A stretch of 64,000 nucleotides of DNA from Escherichia phage vB_EcoS_ESCO30, in sequence record NC_106513.1, one strand, 5' to 3'. The notes under the pieces were generated by a model. The model was not told the DNA's origin, ran no database searches, and saw only the letters and a program-made list of their open reading frames with translations. Each line of letters begins with the position of its first letter. Position 1 is the stretch's first letter. The translations under genes were made by a program, and so were the position numbers. This document shows, piece by piece, positions 19,955-29,991 of the stretch.

Positions 19955-20007
19955 TCCACTTCTCCACAGAATTTTTACGGCATTCCACTTCTCCACAGAA
20001 TTTTTAC
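19950..20007. repeat. perfect 2 x 29 bp tandem direct repeat (GGCATTCCACTTCTCCACAGAATTTTTAC)
   Basis: Identical copies at 19950-19978 and 19979-20007; each carries SD + ATG of the downstream minus-strand gene. Confidence 0.9.
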
Positions 20008-20011
20008 ACCT

Positions 20012-20040
20012 ATTATACTAAACATTATCCACTATGTCAA
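20012..20040 (-). promoter_or_regulatory. sigma70 consensus promoter (minus strand) for endonuclease/nrdD unit
   Basis: minus-strand -35 TTGACA (20035-20040), 17 bp spacer, -10 TATAAT (20012-20017). Confidence 0.6.
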
Positions 20041-20177
20041 TTAAAATTTTCTTTCGTCATCTAATACTGTAATATTTCGCATATAAATAAATGATTATCT
20101 AGTATCATATTTCTACCTTTATAAGCAAGTAAATTTTTTACTTAAAAGCAATATCATAGGTTTATTTAAAATTATAC

Positions 20178-20206
20178 TTGCTTTTTGCTGTAAACCTTGT
20201 TATAAT
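20178..20206 (+). promoter_or_regulatory. strong early promoter (TTGCTT-17-TATAAT)
   Basis: -35 TTGCTT 20178-20183, -10 TATAAT 20201-20206, AT-rich upstream. Confidence 0.7.
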
Positions 20207-20282
20207 ATATTTGTAAGTTGATAAACAAGATCTCTTTGTTGATCCTCTGTTAGAAGCGAAGTACACTATAGGAGTGTTATTT

Positions 20283-21035
20283 ATGGGAAAAGCACGTCAA
20301 AAAAGAGAGAACCGCAATGGTTCAAGAAAGCGTGGCAACAAATATGAGAATAACGTAATTCAGGCTGATTTTTCTAATGATTACGCTAATCCAGTTGCTA
20401 AATCCCTAGTAGGTAAAAACCGCGAGCAAAAATCATATATCAATATGATCAAGAACAACACAGTGACTGTGGGTATTGGTGAGCCAGGTACAGGTAAAAC
20501 CTTTATTCCGTCTGTTCTTGCAGCTCAGGAACTCGTAGACATTCACTCAGATATTGAGCAAGTGATCCTCGTACGTCCTAATGAACCTCTAGGTAAGTCT
20601 CTTGGTATGCTTCCTGGTGATCTAGCGGAAAAGCTAGAGCCTTGGTTAGAGCCAATAGCTGATGGTATGAAATGGGCCATCGGTGATCATGCCTATAAGG
20701 GATATGTCGAACGTCAGAAAATTAAATTTTTGGCTATAGAACATGCTCGTGGCAGAACTTTCAACAACTCCTATGTAATTGTCGATGAAGCTCAGAATAT
20801 TTCCGTTGAGGCAATGGTTTGTCTCCTAACTCGTGTAGGACAAGACTGCCGTTTAATTATCTGCGGAGATATAGCTCAGAAAGACATTAAAGGTGACTCA
20901 GGTCTAGCACTACTTATGGAAGTCTATGAGAAATACGAAAATGCCCCATTCTCAATGATCGAATTGATTGATAACGTTCGTTCTGTTGAGTCTAAAGCAT
21001 TCTATGATATTTTTAAAGACATGGGGAAGGTGTAA
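20283..21035 (+). CDS. phoH: PhoH-like ATPase
   Basis: Walker A GEPGTGKTF, Walker B VIVDEAQN; ATG 20283 with AGGAG SD (track starts at GTG 20274). Confidence 0.75.
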   Translation: MGKARQKRENRNGSRKRGNKYENNVIQADFSNDYANPVAKSLVGKNREQKSYINMIKNNTVTVGIGEPGTGKTFIPSVLAAQELVDIHSDIEQVILVRPNEPLGKSLGMLPGDLAEKLEPWLEPIADGMKWAIGDHAYKGYVERQKIKFLAIEHARGRTFNNSYVIVDEAQNISVEAMVCLLTRVGQDCRLIICGDIAQKDIKGDSGLALLMEVYEKYENAPFSMIELIDNVRSVESKAFYDIFKDMGKV

Positions 21036-21037
21036 TA

Positions 21038-21234
21038 TGGGAAACGTCGTACATCTACACCGTAAAACTAAAATACATCGTACTTCACTGAGTGCTGCTA
21101 ATATGATTACACGTAAGGAAGGGGAAGAAAGTCCTAAGACTACCCTAGCGTGGAAAATTGTAACCTCAAATCCAAATCGGCCCTTCAATTATAATGAACT
21201 AAGTACCTCAATAGATATTCTGCTGAGAACTTAA
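21038..21234 (+). CDS. hypothetical protein
   Basis: ATG overlapping phoH stop (TAATATG), GGGAAGG SD; 65 aa. Confidence 0.4.
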
Positions 21235-21261
21235 GTGGCCAAAAACTAGACTGACAACACA

Positions 21262-21296
21262 GAAGGCCTGGGTATGAAAATACTCGGGCCTTTTCT
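21262..21296 (+). terminator. rho-independent terminator
   Basis: AAGGCC...GGCCTT stem followed by TTTTCT. Confidence 0.5.
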
Positions 21297-21379
21297 ATCA
21301 GAAAATTTTATTTGCCAAATGACTGAGAATAAAGTAAACTATTTCCTAAATCCCGATAACCATAAAAAAGGAAAACCAA

Positions 21380-23710
21380 ATGAGCCATCGCATTGAAAAA
21401 GTAATTAAACGTGACGGTACTGTAGAAGACTTTGCTCCTGAAAAACTCAATGGTTGGGCAGAGTATGGTTGCAAAACAGTTGATGTAAGTTGGTCAGCCA
21501 TTACTATGGCTGCTCAAAAAACTCTGCCTAAAGGGGTTGTAGATTCCGATACTCTGATGGATGCGTTAATTAAAGCTGCTGAAAGTCTTATCAAAGATAA
21601 TCCAGCATACGACGTACCAGCAAAGGAACTACGTCTTGCGCAGATGCGTAAACGTCTTTATGATTCCTTCGAACCACCTTCTCTACGCTTCTTCCACGAT
21701 CATATGGTTAGTGTAGGTGCATGGGAAGACATGAGTGCATGGATTACCGATGAGCAGTTTGAGGCTTTGAATCAGGTTATTGACCATGATCGCGACCGAC
21801 TTTTTACTAGTGGTGGACTGAAGCAGTTCTTTGATAAGTATTCCCGTCGTAACATAGCCACTGGTGAAATTTATGAAACTCCGCAGTTTGCCTACATGGG
21901 TATGGCAATGGCGATGCTATCTCAACCTAACTGGACAATTCTAGATGCAATCGACCTCTACAACGCAATGTCACTCCACAAAATCAACGTTCCTACGCCG
22001 CCACTGGTTGGTCTGCGCTCTAGTGACCGTGGATTTGCTAGTTGTTGCCTCGTTGATTCCACTGACACATTGGATTCAATCGACACAGCCGAGCACATCG
22101 TCTTCAAAATGGTCGCAGCCAGAGCGGGAATCGGGTATCATCTTGAAAGCCGATCAATTGCTGATCCGGTGCGAAATGGGGCATTCCCGCATTCCGGAAA
22201 ACTGCCATATTATCGACACATTGACCGCTCAGTAAAGGCCAATACTCAGCAAACTCGTGGTGGTTCTGCTACAGTGTCTTATTCATACTTTGACCCTGAA
22301 ATCATTCAATTGATGCAGGTTAAGCAGCAACGTGCTACAGATGAGAATAAAATCGATAAGATGGATTATTCTCTGAGCTTCAACAATCTTTTGTTAAAAC
22401 GTTATCTGAAAAATGAAGATATTACGCTAATGTCATACTTCTATGCTCCAGAAGTTCATGAAGCGTTTTATAGTGATGACGAGGCTAAATTTGAAGAAAT
22501 CTATGTGGCAGCGGAGAAACGTGTGGCATCTCTTACAAAGATCGACCACGAAGGAAAAACAGTTCCAGCAGCTCCTAAAGTCTCTGCAAAAGAAATCCTA
22601 GATACTTGGCTACGTATCCGAATGGAAACAGGACGTATGTATGCCCACCACATCGGGGAATCTAATCGTCACGGTAACTTCCTTGATCCGATCCGTATGA
22701 CAAACCTTTGTGTTGAGATTACTCAGCCTACACGCCCGTTCCATCATATCACGGAACTGTATAAAACAAAAGAACAACTTGATCAAATGAAGCCGGAGGA
22801 TATTGGTGAAGTATCTCTGTGTAACTTAGGTGGTGTTGTACTTGGACGCATGGAATCTCTGGCTGAGTGGGAAAAAACTTGCTACATCCTTCTGAAATTC
22901 GTTGATACAATTATCGAAATTCAGGATTATCCGTTCCCAACTATGGAATATACGGCTAAGAAACGTCGTAATGTTGGTATTGGCCTAATGAACGCAGCAG
23001 GTGCAATGGCCGCAGAAGGTCTGGCTTACGAAGGTATTGAAGCCCGTAACTGGATTCACCGTGAGGCTGAAAAACTGTCCTACTTCCTGCATAAAGCCTC
23101 TGTACGCCTAGCTAAAGAACAGGGTGCATGTGAGTGGTTTGATCGTACTAAACCATCTAAAGGAATTCTGGTAATCGACACGTACAAGAAAACTGTTGAT
23201 GAACTGGTATCCGTAGGTCTAGAAATGGATTGGGAGTCTCTACGTGCAGATATTCTGAAATATGGTATGCGTAACTCTGTTCTGACTGCTCAGATGCCGG
23301 GAGAAAGTTCTTCTGTTCTGTTAGGTGTTACTAACTCTATCGAACCACCACGTAAGATTGTATCTATCAAGGGTAGTGCAGTAAATAAAGTAATTGCAAT
23401 TGCTCCAGGTGCAACCGATTGGGAAACGTTAATGAGCTATAAACTGGCTTATGATGTAGATCGTATCGAGTGGATCAAATGGGTAGCAACTATGCAGAAA
23501 TTCTTCAGTCAGTCTATCAGTACGAATATGTACTATGACTACACCAAGTTTGAGAATGAAATCATTCCTGGCCCAGTAGTAGTTCGTGATTTCATGACTG
23601 CTGTTAAGTATGGGTGGAAAACCTTCTACTACGCAAACTTCAACACCGAAAATGGTGGGGGTGCTGGAGAAGAAGCAGCCGGTTGTGCATCCGGTGGTTG
23701 TACTATTTAA
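21380..23710 (+). CDS. nrdA: ribonucleoside-diphosphate reductase large subunit (class Ia)
   Basis: 776 aa; N-terminal ATP-cone, NLCVEITQP catalytic motif, C-terminal CASGGC pair. Confidence 0.9.
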   Translation: MSHRIEKVIKRDGTVEDFAPEKLNGWAEYGCKTVDVSWSAITMAAQKTLPKGVVDSDTLMDALIKAAESLIKDNPAYDVPAKELRLAQMRKRLYDSFEPPSLRFFHDHMVSVGAWEDMSAWITDEQFEALNQVIDHDRDRLFTSGGLKQFFDKYSRRNIATGEIYETPQFAYMGMAMAMLSQPNWTILDAIDLYNAMSLHKINVPTPPLVGLRSSDRGFASCCLVDSTDTLDSIDTAEHIVFKMVAARAGIGYHLESRSIADPVRNGAFPHSGKLPYYRHIDRSVKANTQQTRGGSATVSYSYFDPEIIQLMQVKQQRATDENKIDKMDYSLSFNNLLLKRYLKNEDITLMSYFYAPEVHEAFYSDDEAKFEEIYVAAEKRVASLTKIDHEGKTVPAAPKVSAKEILDTWLRIRMETGRMYAHHIGESNRHGNFLDPIRMTNLCVEITQPTRPFHHITELYKTKEQLDQMKPEDIGEVSLCNLGGVVLGRMESLAEWEKTCYILLKFVDTIIEIQDYPFPTMEYTAKKRRNVGIGLMNAAGAMAAEGLAYEGIEARNWIHREAEKLSYFLHKASVRLAKEQGACEWFDRTKPSKGILVIDTYKKTVDELVSVGLEMDWESLRADILKYGMRNSVLTAQMPGESSSVLLGVTNSIEPPRKIVSIKGSAVNKVIAIAPGATDWETLMSYKLAYDVDRIEWIKWVATMQKFFSQSISTNMYYDYTKFENEIIPGPVVVRDFMTAVKYGWKTFYYANFNTENGGGAGEEAAGCASGGCTI

Positions 23711-23718
23711 TAAAAACA

Positions 23719-23746
23719 AGGAGATCTTCGGGTCTCCTTTTTCTTT
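23719..23746 (+). terminator. rho-independent terminator
   Basis: GGAGATC-TTCG-GGTCTCC hairpin followed by TTTTTCTTT. Confidence 0.7.
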
Positions 23747-23756
23747 GAAATTTTAC

Positions 23757-23785
23757 TTGCTAATCGCTATCAGATTTGCTATAAT
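23757..23785 (+). promoter_or_regulatory. strong early promoter
   Basis: -35 TTGCTA 23757-23762, 17 bp spacer, -10 TATAAT 23780-23785. Confidence 0.7.
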
Positions 23786-23816
23786 ATTCCTGAAATAGTG
23801 AGAAAGAGGAAAATCA

Positions 23817-24962
23817 ATGACTACTTTACTAAACCTGAATTGGGATCATACTAACGCTGACCTTTTCCTGGGAGATTCTCTCGGTATCGCAGATTATGTA
23901 CGTGTAGCACATCCAGAACTAGAACGTCTGGCACTTCTGCAACGCTCTCAATTTTGGACTGAGACAGAAATCAGTCTGGAGGCAGATAAGAAACAATGGC
24001 CTAATCTCCCGCGTGAAATTCAGGAAATTACACTCCTGAACTTAGCATGGCAGACTCAAACTGATTCCTTTATCAGTCGTGCCCCTGAAGCAGCTATTAT
24101 GCCACTTGTAAGTCGTCCAGAATTGGAAGGTATGCTCAAACAGTGGAGCTATTTTGAAGACCTGCATAGTCGTGCTTATAGCAATATTATTCGTAATGTG
24201 CTGACTGATCCAGCAGAATTTATTGATTCTGTAACCAAAAACCAAGAAGCATTCGCGCGCATCGCTGATTCTGTTGAACTATTCGATGAACTGTACCAGT
24301 TAGGTCAGTATTTCATCGCAGTACGCGATCATCGTGGCGACAATACATACCCAGAAACGGAGTTCCCTGAAGTTAAACGTGAAACTCAGGCTAAACTATT
24401 AGACGCTTACTTTGCGATCTATGGTCTGGAAGCAATGCAGTTTTACGCATCCTTTGCATGTACCTTTGCATTAGCAGAGAACGATATTCTGCAAGGTATT
24501 GCTAAAAATCTGCAATTAATCGCTAAAGATGAAGCTCTGCACACTCAGATGTCAAAAGCAATCATCCAGATTATGTTTCAGCAATTTGACAAAGATCTGG
24601 TAGATGAGGCAGTGGCTAAAGCACCAGCACAGCTCCTGAAAACTCTGAAAACTGAAATTGAATGGGGTCATTTCATTTTCAAAGGTCGTAGTCTGATTGG
24701 CTTGAATGCAGAACTTCTAGAAGAATATCTGTACTTTGTGGGGCGCAATGCATTTATGCACATCGGTATAGAATGGCCAAGTAATCTGCCGGTAATCACC
24801 AAAAACCCTATTCCGTGGATCATGAACTGGTTGGATACTACTTCTCTACAGCCTGCTCCGCAAGAAATCCAGATTGGTGCAGCTTACCGTGTAGGTCAGG
24901 TAACTGAGACCTCTACTGATACTCTGAAAGATCTGGGCAATGAATTTGGAGATTTCCTATGA
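23817..24962 (+). CDS. nrdB: ribonucleoside-diphosphate reductase small subunit
   Basis: 381 aa; di-iron/tyrosyl-radical family pattern (E...H pairs); follows nrdA. Confidence 0.85.
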   Translation: MTTLLNLNWDHTNADLFLGDSLGIADYVRVAHPELERLALLQRSQFWTETEISLEADKKQWPNLPREIQEITLLNLAWQTQTDSFISRAPEAAIMPLVSRPELEGMLKQWSYFEDLHSRAYSNIIRNVLTDPAEFIDSVTKNQEAFARIADSVELFDELYQLGQYFIAVRDHRGDNTYPETEFPEVKRETQAKLLDAYFAIYGLEAMQFYASFACTFALAENDILQGIAKNLQLIAKDEALHTQMSKAIIQIMFQQFDKDLVDEAVAKAPAQLLKTLKTEIEWGHFIFKGRSLIGLNAELLEEYLYFVGRNAFMHIGIEWPSNLPVITKNPIPWIMNWLDTTSLQPAPQEIQIGAAYRVGQVTETSTDTLKDLGNEFGDFL

Positions 24963-25492
24963 TTACAGCAATGTATGCAGTTGGGCCGAATGGGGAGTTC
25001 GGCCTCCGAGGTAAGCTTCCCTGGGGTTCTTTTAAAGAAGAACTAGATGCTTTTTATTCACAATTAGATGTACTAAATCCTGATAATATTATTATTGGGG
25101 CGGGTACTTATTTAGCTCTTCCATATGCCGTTAGGGAACGTATGATTGGAGCTTCTGACCTATTTATTCGTGCTGATCGTCCACTGCCAGACGATATTAC
25201 ACATGATATTTACACCCCAATTTCTAAGATTGGGGATACATTGCCCACGTTCTTAAAAGATCAACAGACAGTGGTTTTAGGTGGCGCAACATTACTGTAC
25301 GAAATGTATATTCATGGTCATATTGAAAGTGCTTTCGTATCCACAATCTTTAGTAATCAAAAACTAGAGGCAGATGTACATCTGGATAATACGATTCTAG
25401 ATTACAACTATGAATCTACTCGTTTAGTTTACGCAACTGGCGCAAACAGTGATAACAGCCTGCGATTTGTACAGGAATTGGTTACTTATTAA
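24959..25492 (+). CDS. folA: dihydrofolate reductase
   Basis: N-terminal GxxGxLPW motif (GLRGKLPW); 177 aa; ATGA overlap with nrdB. Confidence 0.7.
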   Translation: MITAMYAVGPNGEFGLRGKLPWGSFKEELDAFYSQLDVLNPDNIIIGAGTYLALPYAVRERMIGASDLFIRADRPLPDDITHDIYTPISKIGDTLPTFLKDQQTVVLGGATLLYEMYIHGHIESAFVSTIFSNQKLEADVHLDNTILDYNYESTRLVYATGANSDNSLRFVQELVTY

Positions 25493-26346
25493 TGGATCAG
25501 TATATCGAAGTTGGAAAACGTATTCTATCAGAGGGTCAGTGGGTAACGAATCCTAGAACAGGGGTTCGTTGCCTCACTATTATTGACGCAGACTTTACTT
25601 TTAACGTAGGTGCAGGGGAATTCCCCCTTATTACTACTCGTAAGGCGTTTGCAAAACAAGCAATAATGGAAATGATTGGGTATCTACGTGGGTATGACTC
25701 AGCAGCACAATTCCGCGCTATTGGTGTTAACACATGGAATGCTAATGCAAATGAAAACTTAGCTTGGCTAGACAATCCATACCGTAAAGGTGAGGATGAT
25801 ATGGGACGAGTCTATGGTGTTCAAGGACGTCAGTGGACTAATTCCGATGGTCTTATGTTTGACCAATTAGCCAAGATTTATCATAATCTGAAAAAGGGCA
25901 TTGATGATCGTGGGGAAATTCTAACCTTCTGGAATCCTGGAGAGTTCTCGAAAGGTTGCTTACGTCCATGTATGCATACTCATCAGTTCTCTATTTTGGG
26001 GGGTACATTATACCTGAACTCTTTCCAGAGATCTAATGACTTCCTGTTAGGCCAAGTATTTAACATGGTTCAGTGCTATACGCTTCTAGCATTAATGGCA
26101 CAGATTACGGGCCTTAAACCAGGAATTGCACGCCAGAAGATTATCAATCTTCATATCTATGAGGATCAGTATAATGTTTTGATGGAGCACAAGCAATTCG
26201 ATCGTGAACCTTTTGCACTCCCAACTCTAGAAATTAATCCAAATATTAAGACTTTAGATGACGTATTGACTTGGGTAAGTAAGGATGATTTTACTGTTCA
26301 AGGTTATGAACATCATCCAGCTATTGCATATCCATTCACTGTTTAA
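25492..26346 (+). CDS. thyA: thymidylate synthase
   Basis: [12 protein letters not shown] active-site Cys region and QRSND motif; 284 aa. Confidence 0.8.
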   Translation: MDQYIEVGKRILSEGQWVTNPRTGVRCLTIIDADFTFNVGAGEFPLITTRKAFAKQAIMEMIGYLRGYDSAAQFRAIGVNTWNANANENLAWLDNPYRKGEDDMGRVYGVQGRQWTNSDGLMFDQLAKIYHNLKKGIDDRGEILTFWNPGEFSKGCLRPCMHTHQFSILGGTLYLNSFQRSNDFLLGQVFNMVQCYTLLALMAQITGLKPGIARQKIINLHIYEDQYNVLMEHKQFDREPFALPTLEINPNIKTLDDVLTWVSKDDFTVQGYEHHPAIAYPFTV

Positions 26347-26359
26347 TTTAAAATATTAT

Positions 26360-26389
26360 TTGCTTTAATCCCAGTACTTATAGTATAAT
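26360..26389 (+). promoter_or_regulatory. strong early promoter
   Basis: -35 TTGCTT 26360-26365, 18 bp spacer, -10 TATAAT 26384-26389. Confidence 0.65.
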
Positions 26390-26420
26390 ATCTCCTATAT
26401 ACATTATAGGAGATATATTT

Positions 26421-26975
26421 ATGATCGTACAAGAGGGGTGGACAAAAGAATCCGCACGTAATAGGTTTATCTATAATCCTCTTACTGGGGAGATTTTAAA
26501 TAGAATTAACAGTGGTAGGGCTAAGAAAGGACAGACAGCCGGGTACCTCGACAAGTCTACTGGATATATTCGGGTAACATTGGCAGGAAAAAGAATGAAA
26601 GGACATCAGTTAGCCTTCTTATACATGGAAGGATATATACCTGATACTATAGATCACATCAACAGAATAAAATCTGATAATAGATGGTGTAATTTAAAGG
26701 AATCTTCACCCCAAGAGAATGCTAGAAATATTAAAGCAAGAAGTAAATCTGGTTATTTAGGGGTTGGGTGGCATAAGCCAAGTCAAAAATGGTGGGTATA
26801 TACTAAAGATGTAAAAGGAGCGCAGATTAATGGTGGTTACTTTGATTATACGAAATTAGAGGAAGCAGTCAATAAAGCTAATGAACTCCGTCAGCAATTA
26901 CATGGACATACTGCTATTTTAGAAGTTTTTAATCCTGATCAACCAATACCTACCATAGAGGAACTTAATAAATGA
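26421..26975 (+). CDS. HNH homing endonuclease
   Basis: HQLAFLYMEGY...DHINRI...NRW motif; inserted between thyA and RNase H. Confidence 0.8.
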   Translation: MIVQEGWTKESARNRFIYNPLTGEILNRINSGRAKKGQTAGYLDKSTGYIRVTLAGKRMKGHQLAFLYMEGYIPDTIDHINRIKSDNRWCNLKESSPQENARNIKARSKSGYLGVGWHKPSQKWWVYTKDVKGAQINGGYFDYTKLEEAVNKANELRQQLHGHTAILEVFNPDQPIPTIEELNK

Positions 26976-27448
26976 GTGTTTTCCACATTTACACAGATGG
27001 TGCTTGTAAGTCTAATCCAGGTCCAGGTGCTTGGGGTTTTATTGTCTATGATGATAACGACGATCGTTTAGGTTCTAAATCTGGTTATAATCCTAAAACC
27101 ACAAATAACGAGATGGAACTCACAGCTATTGTAGAAGCTCTACGTTGGTCCGTTAAAAAAGATAATAGACCAATTGCTATCTATACTGACTCTGCTTATT
27201 GCAAAAATGGTATGGAAAGTTGGATGTTTTCTTGGCAAAAGAAAGGCTGGAAGAAAGCAGATGGTGAAATCCCTCTTAATCTAGAACTTTGGCAAGAAGC
27301 ATTTAAATTAACTCAGCAATACATTAACTTCCACAATACTAATCCTACTTTTATTAAAGTAAAAGGGCACTCAGGAATTAGTGGTAATGAAGCTGTAGAT
27401 GCACTATGTAATACAGTTATTACTGAAGCTGAAATGGCTGAGATGTGA
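26972..27448 (+). CDS. rnh: ribonuclease H
   Basis: YTDGAC...NNEMEL...YTDS...KGHSG...NE.VD catalytic pattern; 158 aa. Confidence 0.8.
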   Translation: MSVFHIYTDGACKSNPGPGAWGFIVYDDNDDRLGSKSGYNPKTTNNEMELTAIVEALRWSVKKDNRPIAIYTDSAYCKNGMESWMFSWQKKGWKKADGEIPLNLELWQEAFKLTQQYINFHNTNPTFIKVKGHSGISGNEAVDALCNTVITEAEMAEM

Positions 27449-27469
27449 TAAATAAATTAAAAATTTTCT

Positions 27470-27497
27470 TGCTTAAAGCCCTTTAATTTAGTATAAT
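27470..27497 (+). promoter_or_regulatory. strong early promoter
   Basis: -35 TTGCTT 27470-27475, -10 TATAAT 27492-27497. Confidence 0.65.
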
Positions 27498-27523
27498 ATT
27501 CGTATTGAAAGTGAGGGGGCTTT

Positions 27524-27802
27524 ATGCGAATTTATAACTCAAATTCATTAGGATTTAAACCGTTGAGAAAACGTGCGCAATCACCTCGTCAAATAAGAAA
27601 GGCTAATATTGGTGAACCAGAAACACGTCTTCCACCTCCCCCAGAACAACGTTTAGTTTATCTGGATGAAGAATTAGCTGAACGCGAAAGAAAAGCTCAA
27701 GAAGAGATTGAGCGTAAGAAAATGTGTACTGCTCCAGCGTATAATAAAGGAGCGTATCAATACGTTTCTGATGAAGAACAAGCTAAGCTGGTCGGCAGAT
27801 AA
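27524..27802 (+). CDS. hypothetical protein
   Basis: 92-aa ORF with own promoter and SD; no motif. Confidence 0.5.
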   Translation: MRIYNSNSLGFKPLRKRAQSPRQIRKANIGEPETRLPPPPEQRLVYLDEELAERERKAQEEIERKKMCTAPAYNKGAYQYVSDEEQAKLVGR

Positions 27803-27818
27803 TTTTTAAAAAATTCAT

Positions 27819-27847
27819 TTGCTAAACGCTTCAAATTCTCGTATAAT
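27819..27847 (+). promoter_or_regulatory. strong early promoter
   Basis: -35 TTGCTA 27819-27824, 17 bp, -10 TATAAT 27842-27847. Confidence 0.7.
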
Positions 27848-27885
27848 ATACTTCATAAATTGATAAACAAAAAGGAAAACAAATA

Positions 27886-28401
27886 ATGGCTAAGCAGAAA
27901 AACGCAAAAACTCAAGCAGCTACTACAGTTAAAACTTTCCCGCAGACTGAGGCTAACCGCAAAGCTCGTCTGGAACGCCACCTACGCAAGCACCCTACTG
28001 ATGCTCAGGCTGCACAGGCACTGAATCGTCCGGCCCCGATTCGTCAAAAGCCGAAGGCTAAGAATGCTACTCGTTCTGTAGCCCGCCTTGTGACCTATGT
28101 ACAGGGTTATGGTCACAAATCTGTTCCAGTAACACTGAGTTTCAATGCTGGAGCTGAATTGTTCTCTCGTAATGGCATGGCCATGAAAGATTATGAGAAA
28201 GCAGTTAACCAGAAACGTAAACCAACGGCAGATGTACTGCGTGATACTCGTGGCCAGTTTGGTTCTGTTAAGCCAAATATCTTTGGCGTAGAATATAGCA
28301 AGGATAATGTTCGTGCTCTGTGTTACGGTGTGGGTATTAAATTCACAGGCGATTCTGCTCGTAAATCTGCTAAACCAGCTCGCAAACGTAAAGTGAAGTA
28401 A
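27886..28401 (+). CDS. hypothetical basic protein
   Basis: 171-aa Lys/Arg-rich ORF with AAAGGAAAA SD. Confidence 0.5.
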   Translation: MAKQKNAKTQAATTVKTFPQTEANRKARLERHLRKHPTDAQAAQALNRPAPIRQKPKAKNATRSVARLVTYVQGYGHKSVPVTLSFNAGAELFSRNGMAMKDYEKAVNQKRKPTADVLRDTRGQFGSVKPNIFGVEYSKDNVRALCYGVGIKFTGDSARKSAKPARKRKVK

Positions 28402-28460
28402 TAGATAGGGGCGAAAGCCCCTACAGTCAACTAATTCTCTAACCAATCAAGGATATTTTT

Positions 28461-28676
28461 ATGTTCTCTAAGAAACCACGTTCCGTTACTGAAATCGTTG
28501 CTTCCTTTACTACTATTACTGATGAACTTCAAGCTCGTATTGAGGCTGATCAGAAAATTGCTGCTGATATTCAGAAACAACAGGAAGAACTTGCCCTGAA
28601 ACTGGCCGAAACTACTAAGAGTGAAAAATCTGCCCAAACTATTATGGAAAATATCCTTAAACTGCTGGGCAAGTAA
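28461..28676 (+). CDS. hypothetical protein (coiled-coil-like)
   Basis: 71-aa ORF. Confidence 0.45.
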   Translation: MFSKKPRSVTEIVASFTTITDELQARIEADQKIAADIQKQQEELALKLAETTKSEKSAQTIMENILKLLGK

Positions 28677-28718
28677 TTTAAGTTAGGGGGCGAAAGCCCC
28701 TCTTAGTTTGGAGAAACT

Positions 28719-28955
28719 ATGCGTAATTTTGTAGCAAAGAATGATTTTAACCGTGCTAGCACTCATAAGTCCGCTAGAGATTATACACGACTTTCTAGTC
28801 ATGAGGTAATGGATACCTGTTATGAAGAGCTGGAAGATAACTGGAATGAATGGCCAGACTTTTCTATGGAAGAAAACTGGGATGTCAGTGAGGATATGCT
28901 TCCTAGTTTTAAAGACCCCAAGAAGTGGGAGTCTATTAAAGAGACAGCTCTTTAA
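28719..28955 (+). CDS. hypothetical acidic protein
   Basis: 78-aa ORF. Confidence 0.45.
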   Translation: MRNFVAKNDFNRASTHKSARDYTRLSSHEVMDTCYEELEDNWNEWPDFSMEENWDVSEDMLPSFKDPKKWESIKETAL

Positions 28956-28983
28956 TAGTTTTCTACACAATAAAGGATAAGTT

Positions 28984-29685
28984 ATGAAAGTAAAACCATT
29001 TGGTATGTTAGATATTGAATCTCTAGGAACCCCAGGAGATTGTGGTACTACTCATATCGTAATGCCTTCTTTCGCTTTTGTGGCTATGCATGGAATTGAT
29101 AAAGATCCTGATCTAGTGTTTGTTACTTTGGATGTACAAGATCAGCTTAATTCTGGAGCCAAAGTTACGGCATCTACTCTAGCATTCTGGATGGATCAAG
29201 CTAAAAATAGCCCATCAGCTCTCCATATTATGGAAGCTATGAAGGAATGCAATCCAAAGCTGATTGCTTTTCAAGATGGTAAACATCACTGTACTAATAA
29301 GCTTGGCTCTAACTATGCAGCTTATTCTATGGCTAAAAACATTATGGAGTTGGCTCTAGGCGAAAATACTTTGTATTATGGCAATGGCCCAGAATTTGAT
29401 ATGACTATCTATTCTGCAAATACGTTCCATGCTGGAACCAATGAAGAGGTAATTCCGTGGAAATTCTGGAATTTGGGTAATGTTCGATCTCTTCGTAATC
29501 TCTGGATGCAAGCTGGATATAGTTACAAAGACCTAGAAGCTGAGGGGATTAGCTGGGCAAAAGCTAAGATGGAGAAGATGGACACCATTCGTTATGGGAT
29601 CTATCCGGTTAAGCATGATCCTGCATTTGATGCCTTAGTTGAAAGCTATTGTGTTGCAGCTATGATCGAAAAAATGAAAATTTGA
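28984..29685 (+). CDS. putative DEDDh-type 3'-5' exonuclease
   Basis: DIESLG (Exo I D-x-E) near N-terminus and H-x4-D (HDPAFD) near C-terminus. Confidence 0.45.
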   Translation: MKVKPFGMLDIESLGTPGDCGTTHIVMPSFAFVAMHGIDKDPDLVFVTLDVQDQLNSGAKVTASTLAFWMDQAKNSPSALHIMEAMKECNPKLIAFQDGKHHCTNKLGSNYAAYSMAKNIMELALGENTLYYGNGPEFDMTIYSANTFHAGTNEEVIPWKFWNLGNVRSLRNLWMQAGYSYKDLEAEGISWAKAKMEKMDTIRYGIYPVKHDPAFDALVESYCVAAMIEKMKI

Positions 29686-29686
29686 T

Positions 29687-29715
29687 TTGCTTCCGGCTCC
29701 AAAATTCTGTATAAT
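29687..29715 (+). promoter_or_regulatory. strong early promoter
   Basis: -35 TTGCTT 29687-29692, 17 bp, -10 TATAAT 29710-29715. Confidence 0.7.
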
Positions 29716-29755
29716 ATATTCATAAATTTGAGAAAACAATAAAAGGAAAACAAAT

Positions 29756-29938
29756 ATGCCAGTATCTAAAAATGTTCGTAAAAATGGTAAGAAAGCTACT
29801 CGTAATCTTGGTATCCGTCGTATGGCTGAACGTCAATCAGGTATCCAGAAAATCTTTGATCTGTTAAATCGTGCTAATCCTAAAATTGATAACAGTAATG
29901 ATACTGTTCTGCGCACTCTGCTGGCAATTGGTCTGTAA
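29756..29938 (+). CDS. hypothetical small basic protein
   Basis: 60-aa ORF after promoter. Confidence 0.45.
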   Translation: MPVSKNVRKNGKKATRNLGIRRMAERQSGIQKIFDLLNRANPKIDNSNDTVLRTLLAIGL

Positions 29939-29991
29939 TAGATCAAATTTAAACAAATTCAAATCTCAAACTTCATATAAGGAAGCAAATA

